Assembly (NCBI GenBank): GCA_902518955.1
Contig: CABYIR010000004.1
Span: forward strand, 7,094-71,093
Direction: 5' to 3'
DNA from: an uncultured Pelagibacteraceae bacterium
Lineage (GTDB): Bacteria; Pseudomonadota; Alphaproteobacteria; Pelagibacterales; AG-422-B15
DNA length: 64,000 bases
Position numbers and translations under genes: made by a program. The notes under the pieces are model-generated. The model worked only from the letters and a program-made list of their open reading frames with translations. It was not told where the DNA came from and did no database searches. Shown in pieces: positions 37,524-47,754 of this stretch (position 1 is its first letter; each line of letters starts with the position of its first letter).

Positions 37524-38765
37524 ATGAAATTAAATTTACCAAATAATTTTATATGGGGAACTGCTACTGCGGCTCACCAAGTCGAAGGAGATAATCAAAA
37601 CTCAGATTTTTGGTTTTTAGAAAACTTTAAAAATACTACATTTGCTGAACCCTCAGGGATAGCATGTGATCAATGGAATCGCTATGAAGAAGATATAAAA
37701 ATCATGGTAGAGCACTCGATTCAGTCATATCGAATGTCATTAGAGTGGGCAAAAATAGAGCCAGAAGAGGGAAGTTACTCAAATGAAGCGATTGATCATT
37801 ATAGAAAAGTTCTTGAGTGTTGTAGAAAAAATGATTTAAAAACTTGTGTTACTTATCAGCACTTTACTTCACCACTTTGGTTTACTGCTAAAGGTGGGTG
37901 GGAAAAAAGTGAAAATGTAAAACATTTTTTAAGCTATGCAGAAAAAGTTACAAATGAACTTGGTGATTTAATTGATATTGTGTGCACAATAAATGAGGCA
38001 AATCTTACTGCCTGCTTTGCACATAGTTTTCAAAGCTATCCTGAAAATGGAATGAAAGCTATTATGCCATTTATAAAAGATGCAGCGGAAGAGTGTGGAT
38101 CAACTCTTGAAAACTTTGGACCCTTCTTATTTGGCCACCCTTTTAAAATTCGTGATTGTATGATGGAAGCTCATGTAAAATCTGTACCCATAATTAAAAA
38201 TATTTTAAAGAATAATCAACTAGTTGGCGTTACTTTATCTATAATGGATTATCAAGCCGCTGAAGGTGGAGAAAAAGTAAGAGATCAAGCATACGCTGAG
38301 TCAGTTGATTGCTGCTTGGATCAAGTAACCAATGATGATTTTGTTGGAGTTCAAATGTATACTCGACATACATATGGACCGGATGGCATCATTAAGCCAA
38401 AGGCTGATGATCCTAATATGCTTGTAATGGGATATGAATATTATCCAGAGTCACTTGAAAATGTAGTTCGCTATGTATCATCAAAAATTAAAACACCAAT
38501 TATAATTACTGAGAATGGTATTGGTACTGATGACGATAATCAAAGAATAGAATATCTCACAACAGCTCTAAAGGGGCTTCAAAAATGTCTTGATGACGGT
38601 ATAGACATTAGAGGATATTTTTGCTGGTCATTGCTAGATAACTTTGAATGGCTTTTTGGCTATAAACCACGATTTGGATTGGTTGAAGTTAATCGAGAAA
38701 ATCTAGACAGAACAGCAAAAAAAAGTTTTAAATTTTTTAAAGATGTAATTGATCATTCTTCTTAA
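37524..38765 (+). CDS. Glycoside hydrolase family 1 (beta-glucosidase/beta-galactosidase)
   Basis: 413 aa. FIWGTATAAHQVEG start and nucleophile motif IIITENGIG. The acid/base motif reads TINEA instead of the usual NEP. Zero-nt spacer after galK. Confidence 0.8.
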   Translation: MKLNLPNNFIWGTATAAHQVEGDNQNSDFWFLENFKNTTFAEPSGIACDQWNRYEEDIKIMVEHSIQSYRMSLEWAKIEPEEGSYSNEAIDHYRKVLECCRKNDLKTCVTYQHFTSPLWFTAKGGWEKSENVKHFLSYAEKVTNELGDLIDIVCTINEANLTACFAHSFQSYPENGMKAIMPFIKDAAEECGSTLENFGPFLFGHPFKIRDCMMEAHVKSVPIIKNILKNNQLVGVTLSIMDYQAAEGGEKVRDQAYAESVDCCLDQVTNDDFVGVQMYTRHTYGPDGIIKPKADDPNMLVMGYEYYPESLENVVRYVSSKIKTPIIITENGIGTDDDNQRIEYLTTALKGLQKCLDDGIDIRGYFCWSLLDNFEWLFGYKPRFGLVEVNRENLDRTAKKSFKFFKDVIDHSS

Positions 38766-39200
38766 TTAAATTTGCTCGTAATCTGACATTGATAAAATAC
38801 ATCCTGCTATGAGCCAATCGTTATTTTCCTGCTTTTCCATCATATATGTTGCTGTTACAAAGTTTCCATCTGGATCAACTAAAAAAACATTGAGTGCAGG
38901 ACTATTTCTATAAGTAGTAATATCTCCAAACGTTACCTTTTTTGGTCGATATACAGCAGGATACTGATTAATAACCATTAACTTGAAATTATCTGGAGAC
39001 GAAAAAATTTTTTTTATCGATGGAGCAGCATACTTAAACGCCTTATCGAAGTCATCTTCTGCAAATGCTTGCAATTGACTTTTGACAGTATTTTTGATTG
39101 CCTCTTCATCAAAGTCAGACAAATCAAATGAAATTGCCTGACTTTGAAAAATTACTAAAATTAAAAATAATGAAGAAAAGAAAATTCTTAAACTATTCAT
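38766..39200 (-). CDS. DUF4864-like secreted protein
   Basis: 144 aa with a signal peptide. QLQAFAEDDFDKAFKYAAPSIKKIFSSPDNFKLMV resembles DUF4864. Confidence 0.5.
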   Translation of the reverse strand: MNSLRIFFSSLFLILVIFQSQAISFDLSDFDEEAIKNTVKSQLQAFAEDDFDKAFKYAAPSIKKIFSSPDNFKLMVINQYPAVYRPKKVTFGDITTYRNSPALNVFLVDPDGNFVTATYMMEKQENNDWLIAGCILSMSDYEQI

Positions 39201-40382
39201 CTATATAATTTCAAATAGTCCAGCGACACCCATACCACCGCCAACACACATAGTTGCGACGCCATATTTTGCATTGCGTCTCTTACCTTCTATTAATAGA
39301 TGTCCTGTCATTCTAGATCCTGTCATTCCATATGGATGACCAATAGAAATTGATCCTCCATTGACATTTAATTTGTTATTATCAATTCCTAACTTATCGC
39401 GGCAATATAAAACCTGTACTGCAAAAGCCTCATTAAGCTCCCACAAATCGATATCATCAACAGTTAGATTATGTTGCTCCAACAATTTTGGAACTGCAAA
39501 TACTGGTCCGATTCCCATCTCGTCTGGTTCGCATGCTGCAACTGATAAACCTCGAAAAATTCCCATCGGCTCAATATTTCTCTTTTCAGCTTCTTTTAAA
39601 TCCATAAGTACGCAAGATGAAGCTCCATCAGAAAGCTGACTTGCATTTCCAGCTGTAATATACTTATCAGGACCCATGACTGGCTGTAGACCAGATAGAC
39701 TTTCCATTGTTGTTTGAGGTCTATTACATTCGTCTTTATCAACTGTAACTTCTTGCTCTGAAACCTCTTTCGTTTCTTTGTTCATTACATCCATCATTGT
39801 TTTCAATGGTACGATTTCATCTTTAAACTTACCTTCAGTTTGAGCTGCTGCTGTTCTTTGTTGACTTTGCAAAGAATATTCATCCTGATACTCTCTGCTT
39901 ACTTTATATCGATCAGCAACAACATCAGCTGTATTTATCATTGGCATCCATAGTGCTGGACATAATTTTTGAAGCTCTGGTTCAATTAAATGCTTCATAT
40001 TCATATTTTGTTGAGTCATTGAAATAGACTCAACTCCGCCACCTATTGCGACATTAATTCCATCTACAATAATTCTTTGAGCTGCAACAGCAATTGATTG
40101 TAATCCAGAAGAGCAAAATCTATTTATAGTAGTACCAGGTACAGTAACTGGACATCCGCCAGCTATAGCAACATTTCTTCCAATATTATGACCTGTAGCT
40201 CCTTCAGGTTGTCCACATCCAAATATTACATCTTCTACTTCACCTGACTCTATCCCAGCTCTTTCAATTGCGTGCTTAACAGTGTATCCACCCATGGTAA
40301 TACCATGAGTTTTGTTAAAACCGCCCCTCATAGCCTTGGCAAGACCAGTTCTGGCAGTTGATATAATAGCAGCTTCTCTCAT
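39201..40382 (-). CDS. Acetyl-CoA C-acyltransferase (thiolase)
   Basis: 393 aa. Active-site Cys in [12 protein letters not shown]-terminal [17 protein letters not shown] and CVGGGMG. Confidence 0.9.
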   Translation of the reverse strand: MREAAIISTARTGLAKAMRGGFNKTHGITMGGYTVKHAIERAGIESGEVEDVIFGCGQPEGATGHNIGRNVAIAGGCPVTVPGTTINRFCSSGLQSIAVAAQRIIVDGINVAIGGGVESISMTQQNMNMKHLIEPELQKLCPALWMPMINTADVVADRYKVSREYQDEYSLQSQQRTAAAQTEGKFKDEIVPLKTMMDVMNKETKEVSEQEVTVDKDECNRPQTTMESLSGLQPVMGPDKYITAGNASQLSDGASSCVLMDLKEAEKRNIEPMGIFRGLSVAACEPDEMGIGPVFAVPKLLEQHNLTVDDIDLWELNEAFAVQVLYCRDKLGIDNNKLNVNGGSISIGHPYGMTGSRMTGHLLIEGKRRNAKYGVATMCVGGGMGVAGLFEII

Positions 40383-40551
40383 ATAGATTCCTCTAATTTA
40401 AATATTGAAGAGTGTAACATATCTTCTTTAGAGTAAAAAAAAAGTCAAAAAATCAACTAATAATTAGCTTTTTTAAATAAAAAAATATCCCAAAATCTGG
40501 CAGTAATTTAATTTATTTATTCTTGACCGGGTATCACATGAGGGGTAGAAA

Positions 40552-41019
40552 TTGGCCACATCTAATTTTTTAAAAATTGCTATGGTAATGCTTAAAACAG
40601 AATCTTCTATTCCAGCTTGGGTACCAGTAGGTTACAGAAAATTGGGCTGGCATGCTGGATTTGATGTTTTAATTGGCCCGATGTATTACAAAAAAGATGA
40701 GGATGGTAATTTTAAATTTGTTACCAAGATTCTTGACAAGCATCTAAACGCCAACGGAGTAGCTCATGGTGGCTTTTCAATGACACTAACTGATATTTTC
40801 TTTGGTACTTTAGCTTTCGTTGCAAGTGGTAAGAAACTTACTAGCACTGTATCGCTGAACTGTAATTTTGTCAGTCCAGGCCTTCAAGATGAAATTATAG
40901 AATGTGAAGCAAAAGTAACTAGAACAACTAAATCTATGGTTTTCATTGATGGGAATTTGATCTGTAAAGATAAAGTAATAGTTTCAGCTTCTGGCATTTG
41001 GAAAATTTTGAATCAATAA
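40552..41019 (+). CDS. PaaI-family hotdog-fold thioesterase
   Basis: 155 aa. NANGVAHGGFSMTLTD block. TTG start in the track; an internal ATG at codon 11 is also possible. Confidence 0.6.
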   Translation: MATSNFLKIAMVMLKTESSIPAWVPVGYRKLGWHAGFDVLIGPMYYKKDEDGNFKFVTKILDKHLNANGVAHGGFSMTLTDIFFGTLAFVASGKKLTSTVSLNCNFVSPGLQDEIIECEAKVTRTTKSMVFIDGNLICKDKVIVSASGIWKILNQ

Positions 41020-41546
41020 TTTTTAAAAAATTCATTTAAAGATATGTAAGTTTTCATATCTTTAAAAAAATTCTTCTCCAACATTTTTTTAACTTCTTTG
41101 AAAGATTTAATTTTTACCTCCAATATTTCATCTTCATCTAAGTTTTGTTTATCAAACTCTTTACATTCAGCTTGATAACAAAATATCTGACATGAATTGT
41201 ATGCTGGAGATGGATAATAGCTTCCAAGTGATTTCCAATTTTTGCCCGTATATCCAGTCTCTTCTCTAAGTTCTCTTTTTGCACAACTTAAAGGCTTTTC
41301 TCCTGGATCTATTGTTCCAGCAGGAACTTCATACATAATTTCATCGGAACCATATCTATATTGTCTTAATAAAATTATGTTTTTCTTTTTGAAAATGGGA
41401 ACTATTGATGTAACGCCATTATGCTTGATATAATCCCTTACAAGCTTTTTATCATTTACCCATACAACTTCATCCTTTCTAAATTCAAAAACATTCGCTT
41501 TAATATTTTTTTTTGTTTTAATAAATTTTGCTTTTTTTAACTTCAT
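41013..41546 (-). CDS. NUDIX hydrolase (ADP-ribose pyrophosphatase-like)
   Basis: Nudix box GEKPLSCAKRELREETGY. Confidence 0.8.
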   Translation of the reverse strand: MKLKKAKFIKTKKNIKANVFEFRKDEVVWVNDKKLVRDYIKHNGVTSIVPIFKKKNIILLRQYRYGSDEIMYEVPAGTIDPGEKPLSCAKRELREETGYTGKNWKSLGSYYPSPAYNSCQIFCYQAECKEFDKQNLDEDEILEVKIKSFKEVKKMLEKNFFKDMKTYISLNEFFKNY

Positions 41547-42043
41547 CTTTTTAGGTTTTCTAAATCTATATAATTCACTGGATTATGATATTTCTCAATC
41601 AATTCAATTAAATTTTGAGGAGAAATATTTACAGTTGCTGTATTAATCAATGGATGAAAATTAACTCTTTTATAGTCTAAAAAAGAACGATCTAAATAAA
41701 ATCTAACTTTCTTTTTAGTATCATTTAAAAGGGCAAAAGGACTAACAGATCCTGGTTCAATGCCTAATATATCTTGAAGATATTCTGGCTTAGCAAAAGA
41801 TAGTTTCTTTGACTTTATTTGTTGCATTGTTTTTTTTAAATCTATAGAAGCACTTTCTTCAATACTTATTAAAAAAAAATTGGCCTTTGCATCTTTTAGA
41901 AAAAGGTTCTTTGAATGAGCTCCCTCAATTTGTCCACGAAGCGCCTTAGAATCTTCAACAGTAAACAAAGGTGCGTGTTCTTTTATAAAATATTCAAAAC
42001 CATGATCATTAAGTATTATGATTAAATCATCTTTGAAGATCAT
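41543..42043 (-). CDS. YbaK/ProX-type aminoacyl-tRNA trans-editing deacylase
   Basis: 166 aa. HSKNLFLKD and GSVSPFAL blocks are typical of the YbaK/ProX family. 4-nt overlap with the NUDIX gene. Confidence 0.65.
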   Translation of the reverse strand: MIFKDDLIIILNDHGFEYFIKEHAPLFTVEDSKALRGQIEGAHSKNLFLKDAKANFFLISIEESASIDLKKTMQQIKSKKLSFAKPEYLQDILGIEPGSVSPFALLNDTKKKVRFYLDRSFLDYKRVNFHPLINTATVNISPQNLIELIEKYHNPVNYIDLENLKR

Positions 42044-42913
42044 TTATATATGTCGTTTAAGGCTTAATTTGTAATTAGAATTTGGAATTTGATCGATAAG
42101 AAGTTTAAACTGTTTTTTAGATATCCACCCTTTTAAGTAAGAATCTAATTCAATTGAACCAACTAATGTTTTTTCTTTTTTTTGATATTTATGAACATAA
42201 TTAGAAGCTTCTAACATCTCAACCGCATCTCCGGTGTCAAACCATTTAACGTTATTCTTAACTGGGAATATACTCAGATTTTTTTCAAGCAAGTAAGATG
42301 AGTGAACGTCCACTATTTCTAATTCACCTCTTTTTGATGGACTAAGCTTTTTAACAAAGGAAATTGATTTTTGATCGTAAAAATAAATTCCAGGGATTGT
42401 TAAATTACTTTTTGGTTTTTTTGGTTTCTCAATTATTGACTTTATCTTATTTTTTTTATCAAATTCTATTACAGCTGACTTTGAGGGATATTTTGTTTTT
42501 ACAGCAAGCACTGCTGCTCCTGAGCTAATGGACTGAACTTGGTTGAGAGTTAATTTAAAACTTTTACCGATAAATAGATTATCAGCTAGCGCAAGAATGA
42601 ATGGTTTGTTGGCAGTAAATTTTCTACCAATATTAATTGCATCAGGAATTCCTATTTGTTTCTTTTGGAATGAATAACTAAACTTCATTCCTAGTTGTTT
42701 GCCAGTTCCAAATAGTTTTTTAAATTGAGGAATATCCTGTTTTTGTGAGATAAATAATACTTCACGCACACCAGCATTTATCAAATTTGATAAAGCATAA
42801 TAAAGAAGTGGCTTATCATAAAGTGGCAAGAGAGGCTTTGTAGTAATTTTTGTTGCAGGAGATAGACGCGTTCCTTTGCCTGCAGCAAGAATGATTCCTT
42901 TTTTAAATCTCAT
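42044..42913 (-). CDS. Sugar-1-phosphate nucleotidyltransferase (RmlA-like glucose-1-phosphate thymidylyltransferase)
   Basis: GIILAAGKGTRLSPATKITTKPLLPLYDKPLLYY is the canonical N-terminal nucleotidyltransferase motif. Confidence 0.75.
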   Translation of the reverse strand: MRFKKGIILAAGKGTRLSPATKITTKPLLPLYDKPLLYYALSNLINAGVREVLFISQKQDIPQFKKLFGTGKQLGMKFSYSFQKKQIGIPDAINIGRKFTANKPFILALADNLFIGKSFKLTLNQVQSISSGAAVLAVKTKYPSKSAVIEFDKKNKIKSIIEKPKKPKSNLTIPGIYFYDQKSISFVKKLSPSKRGELEIVDVHSSYLLEKNLSIFPVKNNVKWFDTGDAVEMLEASNYVHKYQKKEKTLVGSIELDSYLKGWISKKQFKLLIDQIPNSNYKLSLKRHI

Positions 42914-42931
42914 CTGAATTGGGTATTTAAA

Positions 42932-43786
42932 TTAGTTTTTGTTAGCTTTATGTTTCAAAAAATTTTTGTCTCTTAAATTTCTATACTCTGGTTTTTTCTT
43001 TTGCATTTTAGACATCATTGTCGACATTACATCCTCTTTATGAAGTGTGGCTGCGTTCCACAAAGCTACATTTTCAAGACTCTCTTTGACGGTATGATCT
43101 CGAGAATAGTTTAAAGTTTCTTTTGTTACCCACATGGCTAAAGGTGTTTTAGAAGCTAGTTTTTCAGCAATTTCAAAAGCATTCTTCATCATTTCTTCAT
43201 GACTATCGTGAAGAGAACTCACAAGACCAACTTCTTTTGCCCTATCTGCTGAAACTTTTTCTCCAAGCATAGTCCATTCTCTTGCAATCCCTGCTGGAAT
43301 TATTTTTGGTAATCTTTGTATTGTTCCAATGTCTGCAGCAAGTCCTACATTAATTTCTTCAATCAAAAAGAAGGCATCTTTAGTACATATTCGAATATCA
43401 GCTGCAGTAATAAGATCTATTCCTCCTCCAATGCAACCTCCTTGCACAGCAGTAACAACAGGGAATCGTGCTGCTTCTAAACAAGAAACGGCATTTTGAA
43501 GAAATTTTAGCTGCTGTAAGAAGTAGCCACGGCTTCTTCCCATCTCATTGTCAGTTTCATTTTCAACAATATCGTCCTTAAACATACTTAGATCTATACC
43601 AGCAGAAAAATGTGGGCCTGTTGAAGAAACAATTAAAGCCCTGATTTCACCGCTGTCATCCAGCTCTTCAACCTCTTTCGGAAACATTGTCCAAAAATCT
43701 TCATTCATTGAATTTCTTTTTTCAGGTCTATTAAATCTGATGTGCGCTATTGAATTATTTATTTCAACATCAAATGGTTTTGACAT
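42932..43786 (-). CDS. Enoyl-CoA hydratase/isomerase family (dienoyl-CoA isomerase-like)
   Basis: 284 aa. Crotonase fold blocks FSAGIDL and AVQGGCIGGGIDL. Confidence 0.8.
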   Translation of the reverse strand: MSKPFDVEINNSIAHIRFNRPEKRNSMNEDFWTMFPKEVEELDDSGEIRALIVSSTGPHFSAGIDLSMFKDDIVENETDNEMGRSRGYFLQQLKFLQNAVSCLEAARFPVVTAVQGGCIGGGIDLITAADIRICTKDAFFLIEEINVGLAADIGTIQRLPKIIPAGIAREWTMLGEKVSADRAKEVGLVSSLHDSHEEMMKNAFEIAEKLASKTPLAMWVTKETLNYSRDHTVKESLENVALWNAATLHKEDVMSTMMSKMQKKKPEYRNLRDKNFLKHKANKN

Positions 43787-43860
43787 ATTTTTTCCTCGCT
43801 TTGAATAAATGATCTATGTAAACTATATATATATTTTAAACTTTGAGAAATACATAAAAA

Positions 43861-44709
43861 ATGGCCATTAATTATGATGAAATAATGTCAATGACTTCGG
43901 AAAACGTTGAGATCTCCTATACTGATAAGGACTCAATTCTCTATGGTCTAGGAGTGGGTTTTGGACACGATCCCATGAATACTGATGAGTTAAAATATGT
44001 CTATGAAAATTCTCAAATCGCTTTGCCTTCAATGGCAACAAACTTTCAGTACCACTCACCGTTACTCTTAAAAGCAAAAATTAATTTTATAATGGTTGTT
44101 CATGGTGAGCAAAAACTCTCAATAACTAATCCTTTACCAGTGTCAGGAGAATTTATATCAAACGCAAAAGTAATTGGCTGTTATGATAAAGGATCTGGAA
44201 AAGGTGCGATTATTGACATTGAAACAACAATCAATTTGAAAAAAGACAATACTGAAATTTGTAAACTAGTCAGCACTACATTTGCAAGAGGAGATGGTGG
44301 TTTTGGTGGCCCTGAGTCCCCTAAAAAAGAATTAGTTAAAATAGAGGGAAATCCAGATTTGGTTCATGAAATTAAAACAAAACCTGATCAGGCACTAATA
44401 TTTAGATTATCTGGAGATTACAACCCATTACACTCTGATCCAAGTTTTGCAAAGGCTGCAGGATTTGAAAAGCCAATCTTGCATGGAATGTGTACATATG
44501 GTGTCGCGTGTCGCTCAATAATTGAAAGTATATGTGAGAAAGATGTGAGACGATTAAAAAGATTTGATTGTCGATTTTCTTCTCCTGTGTATCCTGGAGA
44601 GACTATAATTACTGAAATGTGGAAAAATGGAAATATTGTTCATTTCCAATCGAAAGTTAAAGAAAGAGACAAAATAGTTATTAAAAATGGAGAAAGTGAA
44701 GTTATATGA
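43861..44709 (+). CDS. MaoC-like (R)-specific enoyl-CoA hydratase, double hotdog
   Basis: 282 aa. YRLSGDYNPLHSDPSFAKAAGFEKPILHG hydratase-2 motif. Confidence 0.75.
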   Translation: MAINYDEIMSMTSENVEISYTDKDSILYGLGVGFGHDPMNTDELKYVYENSQIALPSMATNFQYHSPLLLKAKINFIMVVHGEQKLSITNPLPVSGEFISNAKVIGCYDKGSGKGAIIDIETTINLKKDNTEICKLVSTTFARGDGGFGGPESPKKELVKIEGNPDLVHEIKTKPDQALIFRLSGDYNPLHSDPSFAKAAGFEKPILHGMCTYGVACRSIIESICEKDVRRLKRFDCRFSSPVYPGETIITEMWKNGNIVHFQSKVKERDKIVIKNGESEVI

Positions 44710-45887
44710 TACCACCCGCTGGAATTGAACCTGGAAAAAATAATTTATTTTATAATGAATCTCATGATGCTTGGAGACAAGAGTTAAGAAAATTCGTTTC
44801 TAAAGAAATTGTTCCTTTTGTCGAAGAGTGGGAAGAGGCTGGAGAGTTTTCAAGAGAACTTTATAAAAAAGCTGGAGAATTTGGCTTACTTGGTATGGGG
44901 TATCCTGAAAAGTATGGTGGAACTAGCGAGGGAATTGATATCTTTCATGGAATAGTGACTTCAGAAGAACTTGCTCAAGGTTGTGGTGGTGTAGCCGCTA
45001 GCTTATTATCTCTAAATATTTCTTTACCATTAATTATGGCACTAGGAACGGAAGAACAGAAACAAAAATACATTCCCCCTGTAATCGCTGGAGATAAGAT
45101 TGCATGTTTAGGAGTAACTGAACCATCTGGAGGATCAGACGTTGCTGGAATTAAAACAAAAGCTGTGCGAGACGGAAACCACTTCGTAATTAATGGTTCA
45201 AAAATGTTTATTACAAGTGGAATGAGAGCAGATTATTATGTAATTGCATGTAGAACAGGTGGACCAGGAACATCTGGCATATCTACAATAGTGGTTGAAA
45301 AGGGAACTCCAGGCTTTACTCAGACCCCATTAAAAAAAATGGGTTGGCTTTCTTCTGATACGGCCGCTCTGTATTTTGACGACGTTTGTGTGCCAGTAGA
45401 AAATCTTATTGGTGGTGAGAATTCAGGATGGATGGGAATAATGTCTAACTTCAGTCAGGAAAGGCTTGGTTTAGCAGCTGGCATGAATGCCTACTCTCAG
45501 ATATGTATTGATGAAGCTGTTACTTGGGCAAAAGATAGGAAAACCTTTGGAAAATCTCTGATAGAAAATCAAGTTATTAAGCATAAACTTGCCGAAATGA
45601 GCAGAAAGGTTAATTCCACAAAAGCCTATATGGAGCTTCTAACATGGAAAGTAATGAATGGTGAGCAACCTATAGCTGACTTAGCGTTACTAAAAGTTCA
45701 AGCCAGTAAGACTATGGAGTATTGTGCTCGGGAAGCTATACAAATTCTTGGTGGCGCAGGTTATCTAAAAGCTAACAGTGGCCCTGGTAAAGTCGAACGT
45801 ATCTATCGGGAAGTAAGAGTGAATGCTATTGGTGGCGGCTCAGAAGAAATCATGCTTGATCTTGCATCTCGTCAATTAGGTTTTTGA
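44706..45887 (+). CDS. Acyl-CoA dehydrogenase
   Basis: 393 aa. GVTEPSGGSDVAG and C-terminal IGGGSEEIM blocks. 4-nt overlap with the MaoC gene. Confidence 0.9.
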   Translation: MIPPAGIEPGKNNLFYNESHDAWRQELRKFVSKEIVPFVEEWEEAGEFSRELYKKAGEFGLLGMGYPEKYGGTSEGIDIFHGIVTSEELAQGCGGVAASLLSLNISLPLIMALGTEEQKQKYIPPVIAGDKIACLGVTEPSGGSDVAGIKTKAVRDGNHFVINGSKMFITSGMRADYYVIACRTGGPGTSGISTIVVEKGTPGFTQTPLKKMGWLSSDTAALYFDDVCVPVENLIGGENSGWMGIMSNFSQERLGLAAGMNAYSQICIDEAVTWAKDRKTFGKSLIENQVIKHKLAEMSRKVNSTKAYMELLTWKVMNGEQPIADLALLKVQASKTMEYCAREAIQILGGAGYLKANSGPGKVERIYREVRVNAIGGGSEEIMLDLASRQLGF

Positions 45888-45925
45888 TTTATCGATCCGA
45901 TACTTGTTTATTTATATTAATAAAT

Positions 45926-45960
45926 ATGTATAAATAATATTATAAATAATATTTATACAT
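45926..45960. repeat. 35-nt near-perfect AT-only palindrome (possible terminator or operator)
   Basis: ATGTATAAATAATATTATAAATAATATTTATACAT: 16 of 17 arm positions pair, with a single A/A mismatch. Lies 39 nt after the acyl-CoA dehydrogenase stop and 86 nt before the TauE-like start. Confidence 0.6.
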
Positions 45961-46045
45961 AGTTGGTCTATTTGAAATCCTACTTAAAAAAACAATTAAT
46001 AAAGGGTGATTTTAACCTCAATAGAGAAGTGTCCGTCATATTCTG

Positions 46046-46969
46046 ATGAGCATTTATCTACCGATCGCTGAAATTTCAATAAATATATTTCTTTTAATTT
46101 CACTTGGTGGAGTCATTGGCTTCTTATCTGGAATGTTTGGCCTAGGTGGCGGGTTTTTAATGACTCCAATGTTAATATTTATAGGAATACCAACGAATGT
46201 TGCCGTTGCTACTTCTGCTAATCAGATTGTAGCTGCATCTGTGTCTGGAACAATAGGTCATTGGCGGCAAGGCTTGGTTGATATAAAAATGGGTATTGTT
46301 TTAGTTAGTGGTGGAATTTTAGGATCATTTGTCGGAGTAAGTATTTTTGAATACTTATCGGATATTGGTCAAATCGATGCTGTAATCTCAATTTTATATT
46401 TTGTGCTTCTATTTTCCATTGGAAGTTTAATGTTGATTGAAAGTTCTCAAGTAATACGTGACAGGATTAGAAAAAAAACAGTAAAGAAAAAATTACATTA
46501 TCATAATTGGGCTCACAGACTTCCATTTAAAACAAAATTTTATACCTCTAAACTATATATTAGTGTTATTCCTCCAATAATAATTGGTTTTGTTATTGGA
46601 ATATTATCAGGAACAATGGGGATTGGCGGATCTTTCATTTTAATTCCTGCTATGATTTACTTTCTCGGAATGCCAACTTCAAAAGTAATAGGAACTTCAC
46701 TTTTTCAAATTATATTTATAACTGCTGTAGTGACTTTACTTCATGCAACTACAACTTTTGCATTGGATGCGGTTTTAGCAGTTATTTTAATTATATCATC
46801 AGTTATTGGAGCTCAGATAGGAGTAATCACTGCTAATAAGCTAAGAGGTGAAGATTTAAGAGCGTTGTTAGCAATCATTGTTTTAGTTGTAGCGGCTCAG
46901 ATTGCAGCTGAATTATTTATTCAACCAGACGATTTATTTAATTTTTCTCATATGGCAAATTATAAATGA
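46046..46969 (+). CDS. TauE/SafE (DUF81) family anion exporter-like membrane protein
   Basis: 307 aa. Two DUF81-like halves with GGGFLMTPML and GIGGSFILIPAM motifs. Confidence 0.75.
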   Translation: MSIYLPIAEISINIFLLISLGGVIGFLSGMFGLGGGFLMTPMLIFIGIPTNVAVATSANQIVAASVSGTIGHWRQGLVDIKMGIVLVSGGILGSFVGVSIFEYLSDIGQIDAVISILYFVLLFSIGSLMLIESSQVIRDRIRKKTVKKKLHYHNWAHRLPFKTKFYTSKLYISVIPPIIIGFVIGILSGTMGIGGSFILIPAMIYFLGMPTSKVIGTSLFQIIFITAVVTLLHATTTFALDAVLAVILIISSVIGAQIGVITANKLRGEDLRALLAIIVLVVAAQIAAELFIQPDDLFNFSHMANYK

Positions 46970-47754
46970 ACCTTAAAAGCTTCTCTATTATCGGTTTGAT
47001 TTACTTTAGTTTAATTTCCACCTCAAACTCACTGGTAATTGGGTCAGACGAAAATGAAATTTTAATTGATGCTAATTTTTCAGGAAAAGACCTTCTTGTA
47101 TTTGGGGCCTTCTATGCTGACCCATCTCAACCTCGAGAAAAAAAAGGAGATATTTTAATTGAAGTTGTGGGTCCTAAGGAAGATATAGTTCTAAGAAAAA
47201 AAGAATCATTTTTTGGATTTTGGTTAAATTCTAAAAGTGTAAAATTCAAAGACGTACCAAGCTTTTACTATTTATCAAGTACAAGTGAATTGAAGGATAG
47301 TTTTTTTGAAGAAAATAGTATTGGTCTACTTGAAACTTCCCAGTTTCCAGAGTTAAATTGGAGCTTAATTACTACTGATTGGGGATCTGTAAGCTCTTAT
47401 GATGAAAAACAAGAATTTTTTGAAGCTCTGATTCGTAATAAATCCTATGAGAATGTTTTTAAAAAAACATCTGACGAAATAGAGATTTTAGATGGTAATT
47501 TATTCAAGACAAACATACCAATCCCAAATACTGTTCCAGTTGGTGTTTATGACGTAAATTTATATTTAATTTTAAATAATGAAATCTCAAAAGACTATTC
47601 ATATAACTTTACAGTAAGAAGAATTGGAATTGAGAGTTTAATTTATAACTTTGCAAATAGCTTTCCTCTCACATATGGGTTTACTTCACTATTAATAGCT
47701 CTTATTATCGGCTGGATCAGCGCCGATTTATTTAGAAGATTCAGAAAAGCATAA
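46966..47754 (+). CDS. TIGR02186 / Alph_Pro_TM-like protein (signal peptide + C-terminal TM), function unknown
   Basis: 262 aa with an N-terminal signal and one C-terminal TM. The LVFGAF...IEVVGP layout recalls the alphaproteobacterial family usually found next to a TauE-like gene. 4-nt overlap upstream. Confidence 0.5.
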   Translation: MNLKSFSIIGLIYFSLISTSNSLVIGSDENEILIDANFSGKDLLVFGAFYADPSQPREKKGDILIEVVGPKEDIVLRKKESFFGFWLNSKSVKFKDVPSFYYLSSTSELKDSFFEENSIGLLETSQFPELNWSLITTDWGSVSSYDEKQEFFEALIRNKSYENVFKKTSDEIEILDGNLFKTNIPIPNTVPVGVYDVNLYLILNNEISKDYSYNFTVRRIGIESLIYNFANSFPLTYGFTSLLIALIIGWISADLFRRFRKA

